Of a stretch of DNA of 64,000 nucleotides, positions 51,201 through 64,000 are shown piece after piece. The notes under the pieces are model-generated. The model was given only the letters and a program-made list of their open reading frames with translations, made no database searches and was not told where the DNA came from. This DNA comes from Phoronis australis (Eukaryota > Animalia > Phoronida), in NCBI GenBank assembly GCA_002633005.1, contig NMRA01000016.1, positions 1,587,860 through 1,651,859 of the forward strand, written 5' to 3'. Numbering within the stretch: the first letter of the stretch is position 1; the number at the start of each line of letters is the position of its first letter. Both the position numbers and the translations under genes were made by a program.

Positions 51201-54200
51201 AACCCATAAGATGTAATCCAGTATCTATGCACAAGGTGAAAGAAATTCACCTTTGTTCATGATTCACAAATATTTTAAATTTATTTTTTAATGGTATCCA
51301 ACATGAATTAGAAGTTAAGAGTGGAAATGAGAATGTAGACGGCAGCGTAACTTACGTAAACGTCAACCAAGACGTTTCACATAACCATCGCTGGAGACTA
51401 AAAAACTCCCAGATGCATTTAAATTGCACAGAAGAAAACGTCGCGCTTACATTTCACCAGGTACATTTTCTTTAACGGATTGTTCGCAAAGACTTTGAAT
51501 TTCTGTTGGTGTCAAAGCATTTTTTCTTTGGATTCAAATTTCAAAAAACTATCTGTCGTATATTTCGTCCCACAAGGCAAAGCACTCCTCCTTACTTGGT
51601 ATGATGACGTAGCATATTTCCTTTATATGGAAAATGATACTTTTGACCTTTGATGGAAGCAAAACAATGGCGATTTCAAGCAGCAGCCAGTTCGATTTCT
51701 GTGAGCACATACGCACATATACATTATTAGGGGCGGAGAATTTGAAAACTGTATTGGGATAAAGAAGTTTTTATTTCGTCTGTCTTTTAAAAATAGTGAA
51801 TCAGACGATTTTTCTCCAGCCTTTTGCTTGTTGTGCGTTGCAATGGTGGGTTAACTGCATTTGTCGGAATCACGCATTGTCAAAACCGCTAGCCAAACCA
51901 CATACTACGCTGTCATCGCTGAACAATGATGGCTGTCGGAAGGAGATAATGAGTAAGTACGCATGCGCTCAGCGGAATCCAAGATGAGGTCATGGGCATT
52001 TGATTGTCAACGTTTCAGAGTTTACAGGGAATACCGATAACATTTACCTGCGATTATTGCCACAGCACTCAGAGCTAAGACTATGGTTCGTTTCGAATTT
52101 TAACTGTCTTATTCTCCAAACTCGGAAATGGAAGTTGTATCTCGAATTCAGAAGTCGACCATAAAGTGCGAAAATGGAATTGAAATTCATCTGCGCGAAC
52201 TATATACTCTAGCACACAATCACGAATTCTTGTCTTGAGTGGAGCGGAAAATAACAATGTAATTTGGAGTTCGAGTTCGGAATTTGATCCCGTGCAGTTA
52301 TATTTTCCTTTGCCAATGTTTAATGAATTATTTGTCTAAAGTATTTTGTTTCAAACGTTTGCGCACACTAAATGAACTAGCCAAGATTACTGCTACTTTG
52401 ATTAGCAGATGACGAGAGTTCATCGATTTATTACATTTCCTTGGCCATTACTGGCTTACCTTTCTCGTAACATTTTTAGTAGTTCCCCACTAAATTAAGA
52501 CACATTCAGCACTGCCTTTTAAAGATTTATCTAGGCCTACGTACTCCAGTTTTTTGTCGACGCCTGTTTGCATCTCTGTTTATAGACACTGATTGTCGTA
52601 CAATGTTTAGCTCGAATGTGTAGATAGCTGTTCGGACACGACTCTTCCATCTAAAAAGTCGTATACCATAAATCGGGGTGCGTAGATAGTTTAATACGGC
52701 GAAATGGCTTTCTTAATTTGGTACATTTACTCTAACGATCAATCGCATTTCATTTTTACTGGCGGCTAGTTAAGCCCCTCAAACTTGTTTTAGTACAGTA
52801 TGAATTTTGTGAACGCGTTACCTGTACTTTGTCCGTGGTTTTGAAATGTTGACAGTACGTTAATAATGAGAATGACTCCTCGCAAGAAAACCTTTATCAG
52901 ATTATAAATGTTTCAAATGCTTTAAAGGAAACTTTCCTTTAAACTGTTTTCAGTTTGTGCATTTGAGTCAAGGTAGAGTGTAGTTAGTTCTCGTCTAATA
53001 CCCGAACTCTTGACACGTAACCCGTCTGTGAACAAATATTTACAGAAACTCTCCAGAAGGTTGTTAAACCGTGGAACACAATTTTGCCCAAATATTGCAA
53101 ATTAAAGATTTTGGTTGTCAATTCTCGTGCAAGAAACGTTAACAGAACAGAGGATGATTACTTTATAATCCAGGTTTGTTTTTAAACTATTGGGAAGGTC
53201 GCACATTCCATACTTCGTCAAATTTCTTTGACAACCGCCGTTTGCAAAAACTGCAAGCAAAGCCAGCACATGTGAATGGCAATGGCTTGTGAGTGCCCGG
53301 ACTCATTTTGAGACCTGCGCTTATTGACTTAAAGAAAAAGCACTTTCCCGCATCAATTTTAGACGTGGTCTCGTGTTGTTGTTTTTTTTTTTTTGAAAAG
53401 CTGCACAAGGGCACGTAGGCAAAGGCAAGTACGATGTGACACGCCATGACTTGTCAAGCGAGGCATAATTAATATCGAAACTGTCAGCGACTCAAGAAAA
53501 CTCCACAGAACGGTTTACTGGGGTTGGCCAAATTACGAATTCGAAAATGGCGCAAGTAAGCTTACCCAATGCCTGTAAATTGAGTTGGTAATGGGAACGG
53601 AATTCTGTCACAGTAAGAAATTTTATAAAGCTGATTCCATGAGAATAAAAGGCCTTATTCTGTTTTCTCTCTTAGCCGGGTAAACAGGGAGAAATGCAGC
53701 CTAAAATATTCAGTGCACTTGGATACAGGTTTCCTTGACCAGATATGTGATGGCTTGTCTGCTTACACTTCTCGGAGGGCACATCGCGGGACGACGCGGT
53801 GTTGGCTCCGAAATTCGATTCACCAAAGACTGTTCTGAGGCTAACGGAATCTTTTTGTTGGCGAAATCTGCAATTCTAAAGGACAATTCTTGATCGCCAT
53901 TTGGCGTCACGCTGGGTTATTACGTCATTTGTATGTTTCTTGTCGCCAATGCGTAATGAAATGGGTTAAGAAGCAACAGTTGCTCGAATGCAAAGGTTTT
54001 CTGTTTAGGTAATTGGGGCTAGTGTTGGTTTTAGGGACTTCATTGCATACGGTACATATTACTTATTGTGCATGTGCAAGCATTTATCTTCGCGAACGCC
54101 GTTACATTATGTCGAATTGGGTGCTTCGTCGTGTTGGAATAAACCACGCAGACGTCTTCTCATACTTTGAAATAGGTGGACCTGACTTGTTGTCCCTTTT

Positions 54201-54257
54201 TGAGAAACGAAATCTATTCTCATCATTTTTGTCTAAATTCTGACAGCTTAGTCAGAA

Positions 54258-54830
54258 AAGGTATGGTAGAGTAAAAAACACCTACCACGTTTATGGAGAC
54301 GAGCGGGGAGCCAAGGTGTCCATGAAAACGACTCGGCTGTTCACTGTTGTCGAAGGCTTTTTGCGAATCACGTTCTTGTCATGAAAAATCGGACCTCTAG
54401 TTTCGCATAACTCTCGGCAGTTGTGTTACAAAGCTTTGAGGTTTTGTAGCAGAACATTAAAAACAATTCCGTGTATTTAGCCTTTAATTGGGTCACGTGA
54501 TCGTGTGTTTTTAATGAAATTTAGCACATTCATAGCAAAATAAGAGTATCAATAACAAGACAACATTTTGTTTGGTATGTACAGCAAGTTTTCAACATGA
54601 ACCCTCAAAAACTCTGTTTTCTAAATTATCAGTTTGTTTTCGTTTCATCAACTCCTAGGTTTTTCACGAATATCACAAAAGTTCTTTTTTTAGCTAAACT
54701 GAAACTTTTAAAAAACAGTTCCTGGTAGCGTTATGGATAACAGCGCATGAAACATTATATCGGCAAGTTCCTTGTGATTCCAATCGGCCATTTCTGATAT
54801 ATAACGTTTCCTAGGGTCTAACATTACCTT
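54258..54830. mobile_element. Kolobok-like non-autonomous element
   Basis: Imperfect TIRs aaggtatggtaga / tctaacattacctt; weakly similar sequence near 58950-59180. Confidence 0.4.
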
Positions 54831-55796
54831 CAGTGCAGTAGCAAGCAGAGGTTTAGTTGTGCCCGGGCGATTTCTATATTGGATGACCCTCTCTCAGCTC
54901 AAATGCATGAATCCTAGACTAAGAAAGTGAAAAAGATGAAACACAAAGTAGGATCTGTAATCATTTTAACTACAATTCAGTCACAATATCAAAAAGTTTA
55001 TGTACATTGATTGGATATCCCCGACATTATAGATTCCCGGGGCCGTCGCACTGTCGCACTCCCTTTCTTCACGCTACTGCTTGAATATGTTACCTTTATC
55101 GCAGTAAACGTCCCCGAACTTCTAAAATAGCGAGATGCCGCAAAATGATTTCCAAATTTAATGCACGTAATTAATTCCACATAAACCTGTTAGAAATTAT
55201 CATGCATTTGTGTAAAACCTGCAGCAGAGTTTGAGACTATTTTAGCCCCCTGGAGCGACTTGCTGTGAAAATGCTTAGCTGTGATACAACTAAACATGTA
55301 TGAATGTGAAAACAAAACGACGCAATGTCTGTATTTACACAAAGAAATGAAATTCTAGAGCCCTGTCTCGTCAAAAAACCAATCTGCATACAGTAAATGT
55401 TATTAACAGTACTTAAAATCCAAAAATCGATGAATTACTTACTGATTTTCTTTTATGTTACACAAATAGTCATAGAATGACTTCCGTGAGAAAACGAGCA
55501 TCGTTACGTCAAAACATTTTACCAGCATGATGAAGATAAAATTTTAGATACTGTCGAGTTAACTGAAATTCACCCTTTCTCCGAAGTAATACTTTCCACG
55601 TTAATAACATTAAAAGCTGTTCAATCTCGCAAAATCAATGAGAACTATGTAAGTCCTGATTAACATCGTAATCTTGCAAGCGATTGTCGTTTTGCACTAA
55701 CTGACTCACAATAAAAATAGACCAGATTCTGTTACTGTCTCGTTTGACCAAATGATACCATTTGTTTTGAATTCATATTGTGGAGCGCAGTTGCGG

Positions 55797-56030
55797 AGGA
55801 GACGGCGTGGCTCAATGGCGTGTGCTCCGGACTCCCGTTTGAGAGTCCCAGTTCGAATCCTGGTTTTACTGGCAGACAATCTAGCATTGCACGAAAGTGT
55901 CTCCTACTATACTCCTCTGAGCTCGGTCTTACTAGTGAATGTATGCAACGGAATGAATGAGAACCGGCATATGATGCGAAAGCGATTTCTGGGGCTGTGC
56001 TCATATTTAATTGGTACTATTCAACAACAG
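55797..56030 (+). mobile_element. tRNA-derived SINE
   Basis: Pol III A box tggctcaatgg (55808-55818) and B box gttcgaatcc (55851-55860); no complete cloverleaf or CCA; followed by ~170 nt of body. Confidence 0.7.
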
Positions 56031-57641
56031 AAAACGCTTTACCGAGGGCAGTGGCTCCTTTGAGTAGAACCCAACTGAATGCAGAGGCTTTCCTCTCCGA
56101 GGTTTTCCTATATTTACGGAAGAACATTATACGCATTCTATGTCGCTTTTCTAGTTATTCTTAGAAGGCCATCGACTACTTGACTGTCTGTTTCATTATT
56201 TTATAAAACTAAAAGAAGAAGATGTAGGTGGTGATGATGGTGACGATGAAGATGATTATACTGATAGTGAAGGATAAAAAGATTTAAAGTGATTTAATGA
56301 AATAGTCATCCCCGCCTTAGGGAAATTCACCAACATGGACGGTTTCAATTTTCTTGTTGTCGTCGTCGAGCGCGCATATTGATCATAGTTCATTCTTTCG
56401 TCAGAATTAGCATTGTGAATTTCCATCATGATATTACGCAGCAGTAGAATTCACGTTTTGTCCTTTTGTTCAAAACAAAAATGAGCGTCATCTCGACCGT
56501 AACAACGCTGGCAATTTCCGGCAGAAGACGAGTTCCGTCGTAAACAAGCTGTCGCAAAATTGTAACAATTTTGTGAACATAACGCGTGGAACTAAGCATT
56601 TCTACCCAAATAATCCCAAATAATACAAAACAGTAACATTATCTTATTCCATCTATTTTTGAGTCAGTCTCTGTACCCACTTTTACATAGATAGGAACTC
56701 TAGCATAATAAAATTCAAAAGTTCTTTCAAATATTACTGCATTGCTTGTTTCAGTGAGAAAATGGTCACCACGTTCAGTTTGACGTCAGCGATGGGAGAA
56801 GTATCAGGGTTTTCGAAAACGTCACGCATACAACCAGCCTTGCAATGAAAAATTGAATACTCTCGTTATTTAGTCCGGTGTTAGCTTATTAATAGATAAG
56901 GACAACGACGTCCCATCTAGCTCTCTAAAATAAAATAGTGCTCTCTATCCCTCATCAACTTTCAAAATTTGGTGTAAATTTGAAAAATCCTCACAAAGTC
57001 TGCAGAACCGCCAAGCGGGACTTACGCTTTAGGCGAATTACATGACTACAAGTACCACGGAATCCATTTTGTGACATAGTGCGTGATTTTAGTTGAATCC
57101 TGTTTTCATTTCTCAAGTGAAACATCAACGGGGCATTAGAAAGGGGCAGAATGAGGATTGGTTGAAATCGGAGTTTAACATACTTTTAATGTTATCACGC
57201 GCACGCGACAAACCATTACTTACGTATTGATATGAAGCCCAGTGAAATTAGCGTTGTTTACATTCTCATTCAACAACAAAAAGATAACAAACAATTTTAG
57301 AATTAAGTTGTTACTAGGCCATTCATTTTGTCAGTCACGGATGGTCCTAAATGCCGTCAACATGGCGTGATGACACGGTACATAACATTGATCATTGTGT
57401 CATTTAAGCTAAGCTGTGATAGATTATACATGTCATAAACGGTAATCCTATACTTTTGACACACGGGTCTACGTTCTCCCAGTAACGAAGGTTAATATAA
57501 TGAAGTTGAGATTGATAACGGCATCGTTCAAATTCCATCCCCAGATTCCACTGTCAATCGATGGTATACAGATGATTCTAACGCTGCTACGCTGCCAACT
57601 TCCGTCCAAAAATTATTTAGATCACGTGCGGTTATAAAACT

Positions 57642-57793
57642 GGCGTGCGTTCAGTAACGCTGGGACCTACACTAGTACCTAGCTAAAACTTAGCCAAAAT
57701 CACGTGTCTTGCTTTGAAATACACGGCAATATCTCACGTAATCTCGCGAAGTTTTTCTTTTTAGCGAGGTCCTAGCGTTACTGAACGGGAGGC
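57642..57793. mobile_element. MITE, second copy of the 2554-2768 family (only ~2 internal 12-mers)
   Basis: ggcgtgcgttcagtaacgct / agcgttactgaacgggaggc; body nearly identical to 2650-2768. Confidence 0.85.
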
Positions 57794-59814
57794 AGGTGTC
57801 AGCGTTCTTCTTACTCAGATGAGCTGAGCAGTCTTTTCCGAGTTTGGGAAGAAGTGAAAAAAGTAACGCAGTTATGGGGGGGGGGGGTAAAGGGGCAATT
57901 GGCTGGAGCCTGCTCCGAGAATGGCCCCTTTCTATACGACCTCTCAACATAAAAGGCATAAAATTTCAAAAAACAGACAACTTGTGACAACTGACGTCAT
58001 CATCGAAACTCCAATGAAAGGCCCTTTAACATCATGGCATTTGTTTAAAAAATACATTAAGAGAGTGACAACTGACGTCATAACCAGAATCTCCCTTAAT
58101 GTGAAATGATTTATTGTCATTACATAAAAACAGGAAAAAGGTTACAATTGGATTCCATCATTGCAACCCCACCGACACTAGCTGGTTTCTTCAAGGGTAA
58201 AGGATATGTAATTTCAAAACAAGTATAATATAGGAGCGCAATAGGGCCGTCCCGGATTACAGACCGACACTCGAATCTCGTTGTATTTACCCACAATGTC
58301 GTAAATATCCGGCAGGCACATTTGCTGCCTCGTTTTCGTGCCAATAGACTTCACATGATATTTGCCGTTGTCTGAGTTTTTCTCGGTTGCATTACTATTT
58401 GTCCTTCTAATGCCAATGAAGTATTACTGCTGTGCTGTGGACTGAAACTCCGACGTGAGAAAGTTTGATAAACTGGACAAATACCCGTGGATGTGTGATG
58501 TAAAATTCTTCGCCTTCCTGACAGCAATGAGAGACGCGAAAATGTGCCCGCCTTCCAAAACGAGGTCACGCGCTTTCTTATCTCCGGAACAAAGGAGAGT
58601 TCTATTGCCATGTAATTCGGGACGGCCCTATTCGATGTCATAATGGGGGTGTCCCGGTAAATTGAAAGAGTTTAATGTCAGAATACAGAAACAGTTGAAA
58701 GCCGTTACTGTCTTTTTGCAATCGTACCCCTCCACCAGGATATACCCTTGATATAAGCCGGCACAGTTTCGTAGATTTAGGAGCAGCATCAACACAAAAA
58801 CCCACAGCTTTACATTTCCCCAATTTTTGTTTCAATTTGAAATTTAGAATAAATATCCTCTGCAATTCTGTGGAAGTCTAAAAACTTCTCGGACTTCTGT
58901 GAATACGGCAAAGTGACCGGCTTCAAGTGCACGTGCTTCAAATTCAAAAGTATCAAGAACTGGGTGCAACCGAAACAAACTGCAGTTTGTTGTTACCTAA
59001 AACCATGTCTCACCGTATCAAATAAACTAATTGAAAGTGGCTTCTAGCAATAACAAACCGCCAATTTTTCTCAAGCCGAAAAAATGATTCTCATTTCATA
59101 AGGGAACAAATTGAGACTAGCTTTAGAGCGGTGTAAATAAAAAGTTAGTTTTTGACGAAAGATGCAGGTCAGGGTTCATAACAGCTTTAGATTTGGTGGT
59201 ATGGGGCTCATTTTTATCATGCTAGAATATTTGATGTACGTTTTCAATAACAGTTTCACTATATATATATACTAACCACAAAAGGGGATCCTATTTACAG
59301 CGAACGTAGGTAGAGCCGAGAGGGACTTTTTCGTAGCCCGTGAACGCGAGACTATCGTTTTTTATATACTTGCATCGTAATTTAAAGTTCAGCCAATGTG
59401 ATTTGTACCAGTAGGCTGACCTGAATATTAAAATTAATATTAATTAATCCGATTTCTACTGGTGCATGCACTGACATTTCTCAACGTTTACTACCTGACT
59501 GCGCGTCATGTACAATTCGTGAATAGCAGATGGTAATCACACGACCTTTCTACGCCAAGCTAATTTGATAATAAATGATGAAGTGCCCATTAACAAGGTT
59601 TATTAAGAAAGCCGGTCACTCGTGTCTGTGAGCTGGCCATCCTGTTTATAGCTCCCCGTGGTTCCATAACTGTGTGGAGTCGATTGTATCTGTGGTGCAT
59701 AAGACGAAATGATGCTGTGACTTGCAACTTGAATACTTGAATGGTGATTTGAAGGTCGTCATCAACATGAATTAGTAGGGTGTCGTGAATCGTGAAAGCG
59801 AGCCGGAAAAATTA

Positions 59815-59971
59815 CACTGGCGGATTTAGTGGGGGCCAAGGAGGCCATGCCCCCCCTAAAATTCTCCCAGATTCCATTTGGCAGTTCGGGGGTGCGAATG
59901 TCTGACGGGCAAAATCCTGGCTAATACTCTGCCCTGGACCCTCCCAACTCAAAATCCTGGATCCGCCCCTG
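59815..59971. mobile_element. hAT-like MITE with 5-bp TSD (aatta)
   Basis: cactggcggattt / ggatccgcccctg; aatta on both sides; shares aaaattctcccagattccatttggcagttc with the 47662 copy. Confidence 0.8.
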
Positions 59972-62900
59972 AATTAGGCTTGGGGGAGTGTCAGGGAGTG
60001 GGGGCAAACGGGGTGGGAGAAGTGGTGGGTACGACGGAGGGGAGATATGATGGTCGTGACCAGGGGATTGGTGAGTAGAACACGATAAAATGCCGCCTGT
60101 TCATGAATCATGTTGCTGATATGCTGATAATTTCCCGTGCGTGAAATGTGACACGACACCCTATCACTCACTCATTCATTGATAATTTAAAATAAGCCAA
60201 TTTATGGACCTCTTGAGCATAGAAAAACACTGTCCCGCCACTAGGTGAGTAGAAATTTCAAAGAAAGCCCGAGTCACAATTTTACTGAATATATTGCGTA
60301 GTTCTGGAATTTTCATCAAATCAAAATTGAATGAAGCAGTGTTGCGTCTTCTAGCTGTGCTGGGGAAGGACAACACAGGCTCTAGCAAATTTGATGATCT
60401 GTGGGGGTTTTTGGATGTTCGTAACTTAAATAACTAGGACAATCGAATATTATACAAGACTCGATATCTAATCACCATGGGACAAAAAAATTGTGCGACA
60501 TGTGTGACAAGAGCTTTACTGGATATATGGCACCGATGACGGTGTCCGTACTGCCGGAATCGGCATGCCTAAGCAATATCGTGCCACATTTTCGAACATT
60601 CATTAAGCTCACATGGAAATTCAGGCAAGTTCTGGTGTGAGTGCAAATTTTAAAATACTGATATGGCCGTTGTAACGCCGAAACATTAATTTCTCCCATT
60701 AATAAATTGACTAAAAAGTAATTTGAGTACGAAAATATCATAATGAATGGTCGTTTGCAAACTTGATAATTAGCGTTATCGACCTCTCGCGGTAACACGC
60801 AATTTACAGTAATTGGCAAACCGAGTTACGTCTAAATTTTATGAATATTTCATGATAACATCTCCGACCGTAAAAAGACGGTCATCGACCTTGATGGCAG
60901 GTAAACCATTGAACGGTAGTCATTGTTATAGTTACATGCAAACAGAATAGAGTGAAAGAAAGGAATAACGTACCTGACGTCCGCGACTGTGCTAATGGCG
61001 GTCATGCGCGCCATATACATGTACTGTTCCCATAGAACTTTTCCCAACAATTTACAAACACGGTGGGGCTATAGTGATACTCAGCACAGTGAAACTTTTT
61101 TCTCGTACGACCTGGAATGTGTTACAACACGACCAGTGCTGTATTGGTAAAGTTAGAGGTAAGTTGGCGCCCGAAGCCCACCGTATCACCTTGAGCACTG
61201 AACGTAACTTAGGGTGCGTAAGCGCTACGTCCAAATGTCACGAAAAGGCGGTTGGCTGCGCCTACGTGCGCCTACGCCCCACTACAGCACTGCGACTGGT
61301 TAATAACACCGATTCCGTATTTTTTTGATATTACATGGATAAATCACAAACTGGTGCAAAGTAGAAATCCATACGCCTTACATTTGATCGTCTGCAAAAC
61401 ACTAAAACAACCAAACGCCAATCAAACAATGCCGGAATTCCGAGGTGACAAGGTTACGATTGATAAATCGGATGTCGCAACTGTACGTACCCCCAGTCGG
61501 AAGGACATGCAAACAACTTCTTAAACGAACCTATCTTCGGCGGCTAATTTCATATCCGCGTTCATTCAAACAGACACGAATCCCAACTCAAGAAACGCGA
61601 TGAGGCTGTGTAGCTTTGCTGTCTCAAGGTCAATTCACCGCTCACGCGCGGGGAAACCTTGCTGGCTCTTATTTATAAATATTTTTTAAGTTTTAATATT
61701 ACAACTTCCAAGACTATTTATTAGATTCTAACTTGAATATTTGCTACGAAAGCTGAATGCAATTTACAATTGTTATGCTTAAAATCAAACTATTAACAAA
61801 AAGTAACTGAATTACTTTACATTGCGCAAGTGTGTTTTACAAAAGTTGCGTCGTGTGGTTGAAAGTTTTAGACACGTCGAGTTTTTCAGCAAAAAGATCG
61901 TTTTTACGGTTCATGTGAGAAAACAAATCCAACACTCGTCTCAGATTCATGATATGGGCAAAACCTCTTGGAAATTTCGTCAAAATCCCAAAGATAGAGG
62001 TTTTGCCCATGTCATAAACCTGAGACTCGTGTAGGATTCTCTATCTCTGTGACTGTACACCCCTAGCACGTAGTCGTGTCCATGCGTCAGTAATTGAATA
62101 GAACAGCAACACAGTAACAGCGTGAAGCGCGAGGGTTGAGTAAGCTACTAGGACGCGGAGGGGGTGCCCCAGACCGCGGCGTTCACGTTTTTTTTTCAGT
62201 CCATCGGCAGATTTTCCGAACAGATGGTTCACACACCCGGCTCCCTCAACTTCGGGCCTGTGCTGCACATACAATCGCACTTTGCCCGATTCCCCGAGAC
62301 AACATGTTGGGCCCCTCCTTATGGTATCCTAGATTCGCCACTGGTTATTGTTATTGTTATTATTACTACTATTATTGAGGCATTATTGTCATGGTCGCGT
62401 GAAACTTAATACTTAATAGGGCACACAGAGAATATGCAACGCCAGCGCGCGTTTCAACAAACCGTTTACTCATTATCTGATATTGTATCCTGAAATATAA
62501 AATTGGCAATTCTCCAAATCAATTCATATCTGCTGTCTAGGTTGGTTCATGAAAACACATTGTAATTGTGATTGTCGACTAACAGCCTCATTTGCCAATT
62601 CACATATGAAAAACCACAACCCAAATGGTAACTACAAGTCCGAATCCTCAGATTTGTATAATGCTGCAAAAATCTCCCAGGCCTGCTGTCTTCACAACAT
62701 TTAGGAATAGATATTAGAATTAACTTGAAAGTAAATTGGAAGCCGATGGTCGGGGCCCGCCGATTTTATATCAAAACAAACCCACGATATTCAAGCACGG
62801 CGCAGACATACTCCTTGATGAAGCTTAATCCGAATACTTGGTTCTAATCCGTTCGATCCCAGAGGTCAGATCGGAGGTTTGGTCTACCGTCTGAAAAAAA

Positions 62901-63534
62901 TCACATCTGAACTCCCGTCAGTCGTCTAATCTGCCTGGTCCGACCCCAAATCAGACGTGAGAAGGCTATATTCCATTGACATGTTTTGCTCTGTCCTCCG
63001 ATAGAGATCAAGCGTGATTGGCCAGAATATAAACACTGCACATAAACGTGAAGCTAATTATTCGCAGAGCTGCAGACATGTTGCGCTTGTGAACGCTCAT
63101 ATTAATCGTCTGATCCGCTTTCTGATCAGACGTTCTATCGGTCTTCTTCATAAAAAACTGCTCACCTGAACGCGGTATTAGGCGCTCACTGATGAGGCCT
63201 TCAGGTGAATACCAATACACAAAATCTTTCCTCATCATAACCTTTATTTGTAGAAGCATTCATTAGTAAGATGACATATAGTGGGTATATTCGGGCGTTG
63301 AATCACTTTCGAGAGACAGAGGAGGTTCCGAGATGTGACCTCTGTCTCCTACTGTTTAAGGAACAAGAAACGCCCGTCACTCTCGGAACCCGGGTTCGAT
63401 TATCGGCTTTGTCAAGACGTACAGCCTAGGTTGCTATATTAGGGAACGTGTACCTAGGATCTAGGAACCAGTAAGGATGAATAGATAAAATGTCAGTCTA
63501 CACTTAGTCTTCAAATAAACATCATTATCTTTCA

Positions 63535-64000
63535 GTGCGACTGCGGTGCTTGTAAGGCATAAATCGCAGTGGCACCGCCATGATGATCGCCGTGGTTCCG
63601 CAGTGGTTCCGTCACTGATCGCCGTACCACCGCGGAAAAATGTCAAAACCGCGGACCTTCGCGGTGGCATCATGGAGGAAACTTTGAACATGTTCAAAAC
63701 TTTAGTTCGCAGTGCCACCGTAGTAGTAGGCTACTGCCATCCCCGCAGTGGCACCTCACTGGCCCCGCAGTGATACCGCCAACAGCGCAGGCCTGCCACC
63801 AATTATCACCGTGGCACCGCCATCAAACCACAGTGGTAACTCAATGGGATCGCCATGTCTGCTATGACACCGCCGTAGTTCCATCCTCGTTCCTCAGTAG
63901 CACCGCGAAGAAAATCACGTGTAACGGGTAGGGGAAAACTTTGAAACACTACAGATGGTGGTGTCACTACGGTGATGGCGGTTTTGTCCAAAAACCGTGG
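63535..64000. mobile_element. GC-rich Harbinger-type non-autonomous element, truncated by window end
   Basis: Palindrome tttgaacatgttcaaa at ~63683 typical of a widespread metazoan Harbinger-type MITE class (from recall); repeated caccgc/cgcagtgg/ccgtgg motifs. Confidence 0.55.

Noticed and set aside
51038-51262. ORF containing CPCNANLCN, resembling a Ly6/three-finger C-terminal motif
   Set aside because: No other cysteines in the right spacing, no signal-peptide exon and no clear splice structure.
56211-56277. Acidic peptide KEEDVGGDDGDDEDDYTDSEG*
   Set aside because: Degenerate (GAT)n low-complexity tract with an upstream in-frame stop and no acceptor.
63188-63215. CTGATGA-GGCCTTCAGGT-GAAT hammerhead-like core (also CTGATGA at ~29720 and ~38054)
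   Set aside because: Lacks GAAA or a stem II, and has no stem I/III pairing.
1-64000. Prokaryotic-type systems (CRISPR arrays, operons, defence islands)
   Set aside because: The window is spliceosomal-intron eukaryotic DNA; all tandem repeats lack unique spacers and there are no long ORFs.

Overview
Eukaryotic (animal, most likely a marine invertebrate) genomic DNA, roughly 37-40% GC by eye, with three single-N scaffold joins (6908, 13145, 14157). The ORF track is almost all noise; the real coding content comes from splice-aware reading. Positions ~703-38424 (+) carry the 3' part of one multi-exon ARAP-family gene (ArfGAP with RhoGAP, ankyrin and PH domains). It has 24 phase-consistent GT-AG exons (~754 aa: end of ArfGAP, ankyrin region, two PH, RhoGAP with intact GIYR arginine finger, RA, terminal PH), two probable C-terminal exons and a probable ~4 kb 3'UTR. 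The 5' part lies upstream of the window. The introns hold many non-autonomous DNA transposons and tandem repeats, plus a Penelope-like inverted-repeat insertion containing a variant minimal hammerhead ribozyme motif (6829-6866, -), which is the most interesting local signal. One ARAP exon is present twice, most likely because an alternate-haplotype contig was placed between two N joins. From ~42.4 kb to the end I find no protein-coding gene. That region is CpG-richer, carries six perfect CRE palindromes and many CACGTG E-boxes, a tRNA-derived SINE, hAT-like MITEs with 5- and 6-bp TSDs, and a ~300 bp compositionally odd, hairpin-rich island. I did not find a convincingly novel multi-gene system.
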